This document shows, piece by piece, positions 41,101 to 48,737 of a stretch of DNA of 64,000 nt (position 1 is its first letter; each line of letters begins with the position of its first letter). The position numbers and the translations under genes were made by a program. The stretch comes from Callorhinchus milii. Lineage: Eukaryota. The DNA is taken from positions 35,962,001 to 36,026,000 of the forward strand of contig NW_024704742.1 of the NCBI RefSeq assembly GCF_018977255.1, read 5' to 3'. The notes under the pieces are model-generated. The model was given only the letters and a program-made list of their open reading frames with translations. It was not told the origin of the DNA and did not search any database.

Positions 41101-42870
41101 TTCCAAGTACACTATCAATCTATGAGCTCTATTCTTTTTGTCTGTGTCTCATGTCACATTTAAGATTGCCAGCTGTTGAGTCTAGTTTGCTCTTTGGTTT
41201 TGTATTATCCATCCTTTCAGTATTACCCTTTTACCAAATGCCATAAAATACGTCACTGTGTTAAACACACAACAAAACTAAAAAATAAAGTAACGCATTG
41301 AAATAAACTGCCCGATGCTTTTGATGGCTCTCAACATAGTATAACTCTTTTTCCAAATTTAGTGGTAATTTTTTAAACTATTTTTATATTTATTATTTTT
41401 CCAATTTTCTTTCCATTTGCACACACCTCTGTTCCTAGACGTCCAGACTTTTCAAGCCAAGATGTGGTTCTGTGGACACTGATTATCTTCCCAGACCCTC
41501 TCCCCTAAATTCACCATAATTCATGAGTGAACCTTGGCAGCCTGACCTCTCCTCTGCCAGTTGCTATAGCTATACCCATGCACAAGTAGAGAATGCTAAA
41601 GAGGGACCAGGATCAGAAACCAGCCTGACTATCCCCTCCCTAAACATCCGATAAGTTAACCTCCTCAACTGATACCAGCAAACGTAGCTTAGGATTCAAA
41701 CCAGTGCACCCCTATTCCAATAAGCTGCATCCCTATCAACCATACCATCAGAGCTGCCCTTAGAAGAACTCATTTTCATCTTAGCTGATAATCTACTAAA
41801 CATAGGTGTCAGCCTGGCTCAGTTGGTAGCACTCTCCGCTATGAGTCAGAAGGTTGTGGGTTCATGCCCTATGTTGAGCCCCATTGTTGAACTCATCGTC
41901 TAAGATGACACTCCAGCACAGTGCTGGGGGTGTGCTGCATTGTCAGAGGAACTATCCTTTGGACGAGACGTTAAACCGAGGTCTCGTCTCCTCGCAGATG
42001 GATGTTAAAGATCCCATGACATTATTTGAAAAGAGAAGGGAGTTTCTCCTGGTTAGAGTTTCTCTAACCAAAAATCGCCCAGATAAAACTGACCATTCAC
42101 TTCATGGCTTATGGCTGTATGTATATATGGAACTCTCAGTCTGGTTTTAATATTCACATGTGGAGTATGTGCAGCATACTATGTTTAAGAGTATTGTATT
42201 CAAACCGAACTGAGAGTTTCACATGATGCATTCCAATTATGCATGGAAATGTGCTGGATTCTGGAATGAAAAACATTGCAAAGCAACAAGAATCTGTAAA
42301 ATCAATAGTCATTTACCATGAGTCTTTTCGCACACGGGCTTTTTCTAAAGAGAACTCTGGCAACTTCCTGGCATCATATGTTCTTGAGGTGGGTTCCGCT
42401 GACACACCTTCCTTAGCTCCTTGTCTTCTGTTGGTAAAGTCTCTGAGCAAACCAGTGCACTGATTCACAATTCTGTTCGCAGATTTGAAGGGAGATGGCA
42501 ATGACGATAACGGCGGCGGTGGATCCAAAGGAACTTCACTCTGAGTTTTAATGACATCCTGCAGTTTGTTGAGTTGAACGCATTTTGCCTGTAATTCCTG
42601 AGTGAGTTCAGCCATTGAACTGGTCTGCCTGCAAAGCTGCTCTTCAAGTCCCTGTATTGTGCACTCCTTCTCACGCAGTTGTTCGTCTTGTCTTTTATTC
42701 TCCAATTCAAGTTCTTGTAATCTGCTTCTTAGTACTTCTGCTGTGGCTTTAAAATTTATCCCGGTCTCAGAGTCTTTCAAACGCACTGACTTGTTACCAT
42801 TGATGGAAAACCTCACGATATGACTTCTTGGCTGCCTGAAATGTTTGGGTTTCACCAAGCCATTCCCCAT
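6784..42870 (-). CDS. PRKG2: cGMP-dependent protein kinase 2 (cGKII/PKG II), complete spliced CDS, 18 coding exons, 791 aa
   Basis: Manual assembly gives exon lengths 554,167,114,106,64,78,95,69,99,148,137,90,142,164,123,63,67,96 = 2376 nt, all GT-AG, with no frameshift. The protein has the MGNG N-terminus, a coiled coil, the GVSAEP autoinhibitory segment, two cNMP-binding domains ([32 protein letters not shown]), a kinase domain ([28 protein letters not shown]) and the C-terminus WDKDF. Confidence 0.98.
7088..7154 (-). CDS. PRKG2: PRKG2 coding exon 17 (AGC C-tail)
   Basis: [22 protein letters not shown]; 67 nt. Confidence 0.96.
7483..8095. repeat. Unclassified ~600-bp interspersed repeat, apparently complete copy
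   Basis: Shares GGTCAGCC...CATCACCA-GCTTAAGAGTATCCAAACCAAAC...CCTAATTCC...ATTAGG...GATAGTCAC with 13813-14412. Confidence 0.85.
8447..8509 (-). CDS. PRKG2: PRKG2 coding exon 16
   Basis: [21 protein letters not shown]; 63 nt. Confidence 0.97.
10342..10464 (-). CDS. PRKG2: PRKG2 coding exon 15
   Basis: [41 protein letters not shown]; 123 nt. Confidence 0.97.
11138..11301 (-). CDS. PRKG2: PRKG2 coding exon 14 (DFG and activation loop)
   Basis: [55 protein letters not shown]; 164 nt. Confidence 0.98.
12245..13100 (+). mobile_element. CR1-clade LINE 3' portion
   Basis: [35 protein letters not shown] and [10 protein letters not shown]; ends in a (TATTCTAATG)x3 tandem tail typical of CR1. Confidence 0.92.
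13241..13382 (-). CDS. PRKG2: PRKG2 coding exon 13 (catalytic loop)
   Basis: [47 protein letters not shown]; 142 nt. Confidence 0.98.
13813..14412. repeat. Unclassified ~600-bp interspersed repeat, apparently complete copy
   Basis: Colinear with 7483-8095. Further fragments at 196-690, 15215-15310, 22590-22940 (inverted), 28668-29480, 39320-39700 (inverted), 42120-42270, 55518-55660, 56597-57310 and 57790-58030. Confidence 0.85.
14564..14653 (-). CDS. PRKG2: PRKG2 coding exon 12
   Basis: [30 protein letters not shown]; 90 nt. Confidence 0.97.
   Translation of the reverse strand, partial: TVSQFQRQQVCLHVVGGLPWRRDLEHPQG
14888..14975 (+). mobile_element. Tc1/mariner (Tigger/pogo-like) DNA transposon end fragment; second copy at 31880-31965
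   Basis: TA target followed by CAGTAAACTCC terminus; two similar copies in the window. Confidence 0.55.
16300..16436 (-). CDS. PRKG2: PRKG2 coding exon 11 (kinase catalytic Lys and helix C)
   Basis: [46 protein letters not shown]; 137 nt. Confidence 0.97.
16730..18380 (+). mobile_element. L2 LINE RT fragment (16730-16860 and 17468-18380) interrupted by another L2
   Basis: Colinear with the 51.5-52.4 kb L2 on both sides of the insertion; [14 protein letters not shown]. Confidence 0.88.
16860..17467 (-). mobile_element. L2 LINE 3' end nested in inverted orientation
   Basis: (CAA)n tail at 16860 and reverse-complement similarity to 52.2-52.8 kb. Confidence 0.9.
18517..18664 (-). CDS. PRKG2: PRKG2 coding exon 10 (linker and glycine-rich loop)
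   Basis: [49 protein letters not shown]; 148 nt. Confidence 0.96.
19274..19372 (-). CDS. PRKG2: PRKG2 coding exon 9
   Basis: [33 protein letters not shown]; 99 nt, phase 2-2. Confidence 0.97.
22088..22156 (-). CDS. PRKG2: PRKG2 coding exon 8
   Basis: [23 protein letters not shown]; 69 nt, GTAAGT donor. Confidence 0.97.
23677..24050 (+). mobile_element. tRNA-derived SINE, longer subfamily (contains an ambiguous base n at 23847)
   Basis: tRNA-like head, shared body, (ATT)n tail. Confidence 0.82.
24152..24246 (-). CDS. PRKG2: PRKG2 coding exon 7 (cNMP-B)
   Basis: [32 protein letters not shown]; 95 nt, GTTAGT donor. Confidence 0.96.
24575..24905 (+). mobile_element. Old CR1 3' fragment
   Basis: Degenerate RGDM-ELFKILK and TRRQ-type CR1 3' motifs. 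Confidence 0.55.
27072..27812 (-). mobile_element. L2 LINE 3' portion
   Basis: ORF 27132..27881 reads HIARL...[25 protein letters not shown]...[17 protein letters not shown]...LKTFLF; (CAA)n tail. Confidence 0.92.
28347..28424 (-). CDS. PRKG2: PRKG2 coding exon 6 (cNMP-B)
   Basis: [26 protein letters not shown]; 78 nt, GTAAGC donor. Confidence 0.97.
29706..29769 (-). CDS. PRKG2: PRKG2 coding exon 5
   Basis: [22 protein letters not shown]; 64 nt, GTAAGT donor. Confidence 0.96.
30557..30878 (+). mobile_element. tRNA-derived SINE, full length, young subfamily
   Basis: Same structure as 62036-62355. Confidence 0.92.
31627..31732 (-). CDS. PRKG2: PRKG2 coding exon 4
   Basis: [35 protein letters not shown]; 106 nt, AG/GT flanks. 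Confidence 0.97.
32760..33270 (-). mobile_element. Old CR1 RT fragment
   Basis: Reverse strand shows FSDDT (FADDT-like) at about 33250 and KDLGVL-like at about 33050. Confidence 0.55.
34371..34745 (+). mobile_element. tRNA-derived SINE, longer subfamily
   Basis: tRNA head plus an extra CTGTTTACCCAGCAGTAAGTAGGAACCC segment; related copies at 23677-24050, 50761-51043 and 26225-26410(-). Confidence 0.85.
34838..35100 (+). mobile_element. tRNA-derived SINE, 5'-truncated, young subfamily
   Basis: Near-identical body with a long (ATT)n tail. Confidence 0.9.
36189..36302 (-). CDS. PRKG2: PRKG2 coding exon 3 (cNMP-A phosphate-binding cassette)
   Basis: [38 protein letters not shown]; 114 nt; (TC)n polypyrimidine tract before the acceptor. 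Confidence 0.97.
37345..37511 (-). CDS. PRKG2: PRKG2 coding exon 2 (start of cNMP-binding domain A)
   Basis: [58 protein letters not shown] acceptor, GTACTT donor; 167 nt. Confidence 0.97.
37640..38125 (-). mobile_element. Deu-domain SINE with nested L2-type tail fragment
   Basis: Reverse-complement Deu core ATAGTGCCATGGGATCTTT; (CAA)n fragment at about 37765. Confidence 0.72.
38466..38516. repeat. (CA)n microsatellite
   Basis: Directly visible. Confidence 0.85.
41804..42115 (+). mobile_element. Deu-domain SINE (SacSINE1/AmnSINE1-like superfamily)
   Basis: tRNA head plus GAGACGTTAAACCGAGG...GATGTTAAAGATCCCATGACATTATTTGAAAAGAGAAGGGAGTTTCTCC, which I recognise as Deu-domain-like. Other copies lie at about 2663, 4460, 11530, 12075(-), 19527, 20290, 21200(-), 32200(-), 35465, 37640(-) and 55793. 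Confidence 0.75.
42317..42870 (-). CDS. PRKG2: PRKG2 coding exon 1 (myristoylation Gly2, coiled coil, autoinhibitory region)
   Basis: [10 protein letters not shown]...[12 protein letters not shown]...KARVRKDS; donor TG|GTAAAT at 42316; acceptor TTTTAG 13 nt upstream of the ATG (exon starts 42883). Confidence 0.97.
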
Positions 42871-43424
42871 TGTATTTCAAAACCTAAAACAAATACATTA
42901 CATGAGCTCTGAAATCAGTACAATCTCAGTGCTTGAAACATTACTACACTACTGGGACAGAAACTGCTTTTTATTGATTTTAAAGCCTTGTCCTTGTCAA
43001 TGACAATAAATCAGTTGACTGCACAATAAGAGAATACATTAATGACAATATCCACTGTGTGCAGATAAATTCGAATCTCCATAATTTTTCTTTCTTTCAC
43101 TTTTTAATTTTTCTTGTGATCACACAACAAAAAACTTGTGCAATATAATTTCTAATTGCACTCTAGGTAGTTAACTCCAAATGTAATAAAGTGATTTATT
43201 CCATTTGGTAAGATTTAGTTGTTACAAGTCATTGTGTACTTTAGGATTACACTACAACTTGCATCTATATAGCGACTTGCACCTAAAAAAAGGGTCTCCA
43301 AGCACTTCTCAATTTTCTGGTCGACATAAGCAGAGAATTGTGAGGTTTAAAGATTTTGGCCAAAGGCATACTCAAAAAAATATGATTTTAGGAAGATTTT
43401 GATGGCAGGGACTGAGGACGCAAG

Positions 43425-43760
43425 ACTTAGCTATGAGCAACAATTAGACAAACTAGGACTCTTCAGTCTTGACAGGTGACATCTCAGAGGGAATTTTAGT
43501 GGTATACAGATTTTAAATGGGAGTGAGAAAGTAAACTAGAACAATCTTTTCAGGTATACCAAGATAGTAAATAAGAGAACACAGATTCTAGGTTTCAAAG
43601 GGCAATTATTAATTGCAGGACAAATACCAGGAAATGTTTATTTACCCAGAGGGAGATTAATGAATGCAAGAAGTTTCCAGGATGCTGAACTATTTATATA
43701 AAAGCAACGTGATGCTATGTTGGTAGGGTGAATATTCTGGAGAGATTAGATGAAATGGGC
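43425..43760 (+). mobile_element. Old CR1 3' fragment
   Basis: AGCTATGAGCAACAATTAGACAAACTAGGACTCTTCAGTCTT (SYE-L-KLGLFSL-like). Confidence 0.65.
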
Positions 43761-44083
43761 CATTCAAAGCTTTCTTGTGGCCTTGTCACACCAAGACCCT
43801 TGTGGGTTTGGAAAGAGTAGCAGAGGTCGGGGGCATGACACTGATGGCTGGGTCATTGATCGTGAAGTGACGGGAGTGTAGATCATTCAATATAGAGCGG
43901 AGAAAATTACAGGAAAGAAAATTATATAGGAACAGCGAGGTGAGTTGGGTGGAGAAAATGGAAGATTAGGGTTAGGATCCTCTACCCTGTCCCCCCATAT
44001 ACGGGAGCCATTAGAGGTTTGTGAGGCTGGTGATGAGGGGCTTGTGCAGGAAAGAACTCAAACTGTAGAATCATAGAATTATA

Positions 44084-44365
44084 CAACAACAAGATTACAT
44101 TTGTATAATAATAATCCTTGCATTTGATATAGCGCCTTTCACGTCGGGAGGACGTCCCAAGGCGTTGGACAGTGTACAGCATTTCAGACCCGAGCTGGGG
44201 TCAGGGGTGAGAAGGGAGGGGGAGGGGAAGGGGTGATGGATGGCATGGTCCAAGAGGAGGGTTTTGAGGCGGGACTTGAAGGAGGCTAAGGAGGGGGCGA
44301 GGCGGAGTGACTGGGGCTGGAATTCCAGAGGTTGGGGCCGGAGTGGCTGAAGGCTCTCCCGTCAA
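44084..44365 (-). mobile_element. L2 LINE 3' end with compound tails
   Basis: Closely resembles 16880-17130. Confidence 0.85.
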
Positions 44366-45018
44366 CGGTGTGACCCACCTGCCCTCGATCCCATTTAAAA
44401 TCTTTCTGTGTACAGCTCAGAAGGAAGTTATTCCACCCCTAGTGTCCGTGCCAGTAGAATTGTATGATCATTTAAACTGCGGAAAAGTAAAAGTTGGGTG
44501 GCCGGGGAGGCGAGGCGGGGCGTGGGGTGGGGGGGGGTGGGGGGTGGGTGGGTGGGGGGGGGAGGTGGGGGTTGGAAAATCAGTTCTCAAGTTTCCAAAA
44601 CATCAGTTGGGGTTTCAGCAGTGAAGGGTGTACGCAGAGGTGGGAGAAGGCAACTTTGATGATACTCAAGCTCAGGATTCAGCTGCAAAACCAAAGTTGC
44701 ACAATATTTCATTCACTCTCTAAACCTCCTTTGCTATGTATGGGGTGGGGAAAAAAACACACAACAACTCACTCCTTGCGACAACAAAAGAGAAGAAGAC
44801 CTCATACCCCAAATCCAATACATGCAACAGACATAGCCACATCCCTAATGCATCTTATAGTCGAGAGATCTCTGTCGCCCACCCGGAGTACTGTGGTGCA
44901 CGACATCTCGTACACTCACACCAGGAGCTGAGAGAGTCTCAGACGAGCAGCGTTTGACAGTGAGGTGTAGCCCACAGAGGAGTTTGGCTTTACTCAGTTC
45001 AGATTACAATTCAGCACC

Positions 45019-45465
45019 TCAACCCCCACCCCCACCCCCCACCCTCCCTCTCCCCCTCCCTCTCCCCTCCCTGTCCCCCTCCCTCTCCCTCTCCCCCTCT
45101 CCCTCTCCCCCTCCCTCTCCCCTCTCCCCCTCCCTCTCCCCCTCTCCCCCTCCCTCTCCCTCTCCCCTCTCCCCCCTCCCCCCCCCTCCCCTCTCCCTCT
45201 CCCCTCTCCCCTCTCCCCTCTCCTTCTCCCCCTCTCCTCTCCCTCTCCCCCTCCCCTCACCCCTCTCCTCTCTCCCCTCTCCCCCTCTCCCTCTCCCTCT
45301 CCCCCTCTCCCTCTCCCTCTCCCCTCTCCCCCTCCCTCTCTCCCCCTCTCCCTCTCCCTCTCCCTCTCCCCCCTCTCCCCCTCTCCCTCTCTCCCCCTCT
45401 CCCCCTCCCCCTCTCCCCCCTCTCCCCCTCTCCCCCTCTCCCCTCTCCCCTCTCTCCCCCTCTCC
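45019..45465. repeat. Polypyrimidine (CCCTCT/CCCCT)n low-complexity tract
   Basis: About 440 nt of almost pure C/T on the plus strand. Confidence 0.95.
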
Positions 45466-45469
45466 TTAC

Positions 45470-45552
45470 CCTGTTCAGAAGAGAGACACTCACCAATTCA
45501 GTCTTCCCCGTCGGGGTAACCAGCAGTCGATGTCTGTTTTGGACGGTGCTCC
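45470..45552 (-). other. PRKG2: Candidate non-coding 5'UTR exon (3' part) of PRKG2
   Basis: Unique, CpG-containing ~85-nt island between two low-complexity tracts, with consensus minus-strand donors TTG|GTGAGT (45493) and AGG|GTAAGG (45469) and no upstream ATG. The acceptor at 42884 requires an upstream exon. Confidence 0.5.
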
Positions 45553-45940
45553 TCACCCCCACACACCCCCCACACACCCCCCACACCCCCCCCACACACA
45601 CACCCCACACCCCCACACACCCCCCACACCCCCACCACACCCCCCACACCCCCACACACCCCCCACACCCCACACACACACCCCACCCCCCACACACACC
45701 CCACACCCCCCACACACACACCCCACCCCCCCACACACACACACACCCCACACACACACACAGCCCCCACACACCCCCCACACCCCCCACACACCCCACA
45801 CACCCACACAGCCCCCACACCCACCCCCCACACACACCCCACACACCCCCCACACAACCCCCACACAGCCCCCACACCCACCCACACACCCCCCCACACA
45901 CACACCCCCACACACACCCCCACACACACCCCACACAGCC
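45553..45940. repeat. (CACACCCC)n-like C/A low-complexity tract
   Basis: About 390 nt of almost pure C/A on the plus strand. Confidence 0.95.
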
Positions 45941-46188
45941 CCAACAGCGCACAGCGCACGGACTCCGACTCGCTGCCCAGAGGCTGGTGGCTGTGCCGGA
46001 GGGACCAGGAGCAGCTGCTCTGCACCCCCCCACCCACCCCACACCCACACCCCCACCCCCCCCCAAAAAAAAAGCCTTGGGGAGCACTTGTGAAGAGGAG
46101 CGATCACCTCCACCCCCCACTCTCCCCACACACACACACACACCCTCCCACCACCCCTCCCCTCCCCAGTGCCAGTCCCCTGCACTGT

Positions 46189-46221
<33 letters not shown>

Positions 46222-46560
46222 CTGTGAAGACCACCACCACCACCACCACCACCAGGTCCCACAGCCTCACTCCTGAGAAATTCAGGAGCAACTCCCAACT
46301 CCGGGCACAGCTGTTCCCGTTACTCTTTCTCTCCCTCTCTCTCTCTCTCTCTGTCTCTGTCTCTTTCTCTCTCTGAAACCCTCCAACAGACACTTGTCTC
46401 GAAGCCAAGTCCTGCGTCTCTGCTGTTCAGCGCTGTGGGGCCCCGAGTAATCCCTCGGGACGTGGCACTGATGGCTCCAGGTTTCGTTTCAGGCTCAGGA
46501 GGTGACAGCAAATCAGCACCTGTCTGTCCCTGCGTCAGCGGCTGAGAGGGAGAGGGTGTG
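45940..46560 (-). promoter_or_regulatory. Candidate PRKG2 promoter / CpG-retaining region
   Basis: GC-rich unique patches with retained CpGs, 3-4 kb upstream of the first coding exon in an otherwise AT-rich, CpG-poor window. Position-based inference only. Confidence 0.4.
46188..46372. repeat. Clustered microsatellites (CA)n, (ACC)n, (CT)n
   Basis: Directly visible. Confidence 0.9.
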
Positions 46561-46617
46561 GGGTGGGTGGGGGGGGGGGGGGGGGTGGGGGGTGATTGCT
46601 CTCTGAGAGTCAGGGAG

Positions 46618-47172
46618 GGTGGGTGCTGCTCAGGGTGAGGGGCAACAAGGGTGCTGTTCAGGGTGAGGGGCACCCAGGGTGCTGTTCAGGGTGAGGGGCA
46701 ACAAGGGTGCTGTTCAGGGTGAGGGGCACCCAGGGTGGGTGCTGTTCAGGGTGAGGGGCACCCAGGGTGGGTGCTGTTCAGGGTGAGGGGGCACCCAGGG
46801 TGGGTGCTGTTCAGGGTGAGGGGGCACCAAGGGTGGGTGCTGTTCAGGGTGAGGGGCACCCAGGGTGCTGTTCAGGGTGAGGGGCAACAAGGGTGCTGTT
46901 CAGGGTGAGGGGCAACCAAGGAGGGTGGGTGCTGTTCAGGGTGAGGGGCAACCAGGGAGGGTGGGTGCTGTTCAGGGTGAGGGGCACCCAGGGTGGGTGC
47001 TGTTCAGGGTGAGGGGGCACCCAGGGTGGGTGCTGTTCAGGGTGAGGGGCACCCAGGGAGGGTGGGTGCTGTTCAGGGTGAGGGGCAACCAGGGAGGGTG
47101 GGTGCTGCTTAGGGTGAGGCGGCACCCAGGGTGGGTGCTGTTCAGGGTGAGGGGCACCCAGGGTGGGTGCTG
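46618..47172. repeat. G-rich minisatellite (VNTR), about 17 units of 28-36 bp
   Basis: Core GGGTGCTGTTCAGGGTGAGGGGCA(C/A)C(C/A)A with optional GGGT or GGGAGGGT linkers, counted by eye. Confidence 0.95.
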
Positions 47173-48129
47173 TGCACGTCCTGTCAATGAGGGATCTAGT
47201 ATTTGTGCCTAAGGAGGTCTTTATATCGGACAAAGTGACAATTGCTGATTTCTGCAAATACAAGCTTGACCACTTCTCAGGCTGTCACTTTGCCTCCCTT
47301 CTGACTCTCACGTCAAACCTTGTCTTAAGCACTCCAGGACACTACCCCGAGTGAAGGGTGCTATATAAATGCAAGTTGTTGTTGTCTCCTTGGGCTCCTG
47401 CCTCAGACTGCTCCAAACACAAACTTCAGGTCTGGTGTCTCGCCTTCCTTATGGATACTCCAACTAGTCGGTTTACCGTTGATTGGGATAACATCAGACC
47501 TCAGTTGTCTCCCCTTAGTTTCTGACTCGATTCTCCAGGGGTGCCCTTCTCCTTCTGCTGTCCAACTTATATCTTTCCACTGCTCATATATTGGACTCCC
47601 ATCTGAGATTCGGTTTGTGTTATGTGTCGGACTTCAACACTTCTTTCCAACACATCCATATTTGTTAATGATTGTTTACTACTGATTTGCTTTTTTCTGA
47701 ACTTAGATCAGCTGAGTGTTTGACTCCTTGCTACTTATTGCTCAAGTTCCTTTTTTTCTCGTATTCAGCAAATATATTAAGTATATGTTTGTTTTAAATG
47801 AATGTTGATCATTTTATGATGTGTTTCAGAGTTCAGTCAGGCTTCCCTGCTGGTTCAATGAGTTCAATTGGGTTATGGTGGAGTCACACGGATCAGGAAG
47901 GTTCAATCCAGAGTCTACAGTGAGTTGGCGGACAAAAAGTGGGCAGCACCAGCAGCTTATGGAAGAAAGAACTCAGACAAGATCCTCACTTCTCCTTTTG
48001 GATGCACATGGATGCATGTGAACAGGATACTCTCAGATGTGATGTATTTTGAAGTCAAATAGCCTGCTGACACTTATTATCAAGATCTATACATAAATAA
48101 TGGTTGCTGGTGCAAGGTAATGTAGGGAA

Positions 48130-48737
48130 TCTGGCTTGACTACGCCAATGGGCTGCTCGCTGGACTTCCCATCGTTTCTTTCCACAAACTGCAGATTATT
48201 CAGAACTCTGCAGCTTGTGTCCTCTCCCACACCAGGCTCCAGAAACCTATGACCCCCGTTCTTGCCCAGCTTCATTAACTCCCCATTCCTCAGACAATTG
48301 AATACAAAACCCTTGTTCTCACCTTCAAAGCCCAGTCTTGCTCCCCGCTACCTCTCCGACTTCCTAACCCCATATCAATCGGTCTGCTCTGTCCACTCGG
48401 CAGACACCGTCCGGCTTCAGGTCCCCTGTACTTCCCACCCCACCAATGGCGGTCGAGTATTCAGCATCTCTGGCCCCACACTCTGGAAGTCTATCCCACA
48501 ATCCCTCTGTCTGACCCCCTCTCTTGCTTCCTTCAAGTCACATCTAAAGACCTTCCTCTACAACCGTGCCTTTGGCCACCCTCCCACCCCCACCCCCCCC
48601 CCCCACCCCACCCCCGCCCTCCACCCCTCCTGACCCCAAGTCCAAGCTCAGGTCCAAAAATCACTGACTGTCCAGCACCCTGGGACATCTTTCTGACATG
48701 AAGGGACTACTCAAGTGTAATTTGTTGTTTTTGTTGT
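48130..48737 (+). mobile_element. L2 LINE 3' portion
   Basis: GGRVFSISGPTLWKSIPQSL...FKSHLKTFLY; TTG-rich tail. Confidence 0.88.

Noticed and set aside
42313..42318. Apparent stop ending the 185-aa ORF (…KDSW*)
   Set aside because: TG|GTAAAT is the splice donor; the frame continues in the exon starting at 37511, so PRKG2 is not truncated
44954..46408. Long ORFs of 179-383 aa on both strands (Pro/Ser/His/Thr- or Gly/Val/Cys-rich)
   Set aside because: They arise from low-complexity C/T and C/A tracts that lack stop codons; no domain signature
46618..47263. Repeat array resembling CRISPR, and its repetitive ORFs
   Set aside because: Units are head-to-tail with no unique spacers and no cas genes in a vertebrate context; it is a minisatellite
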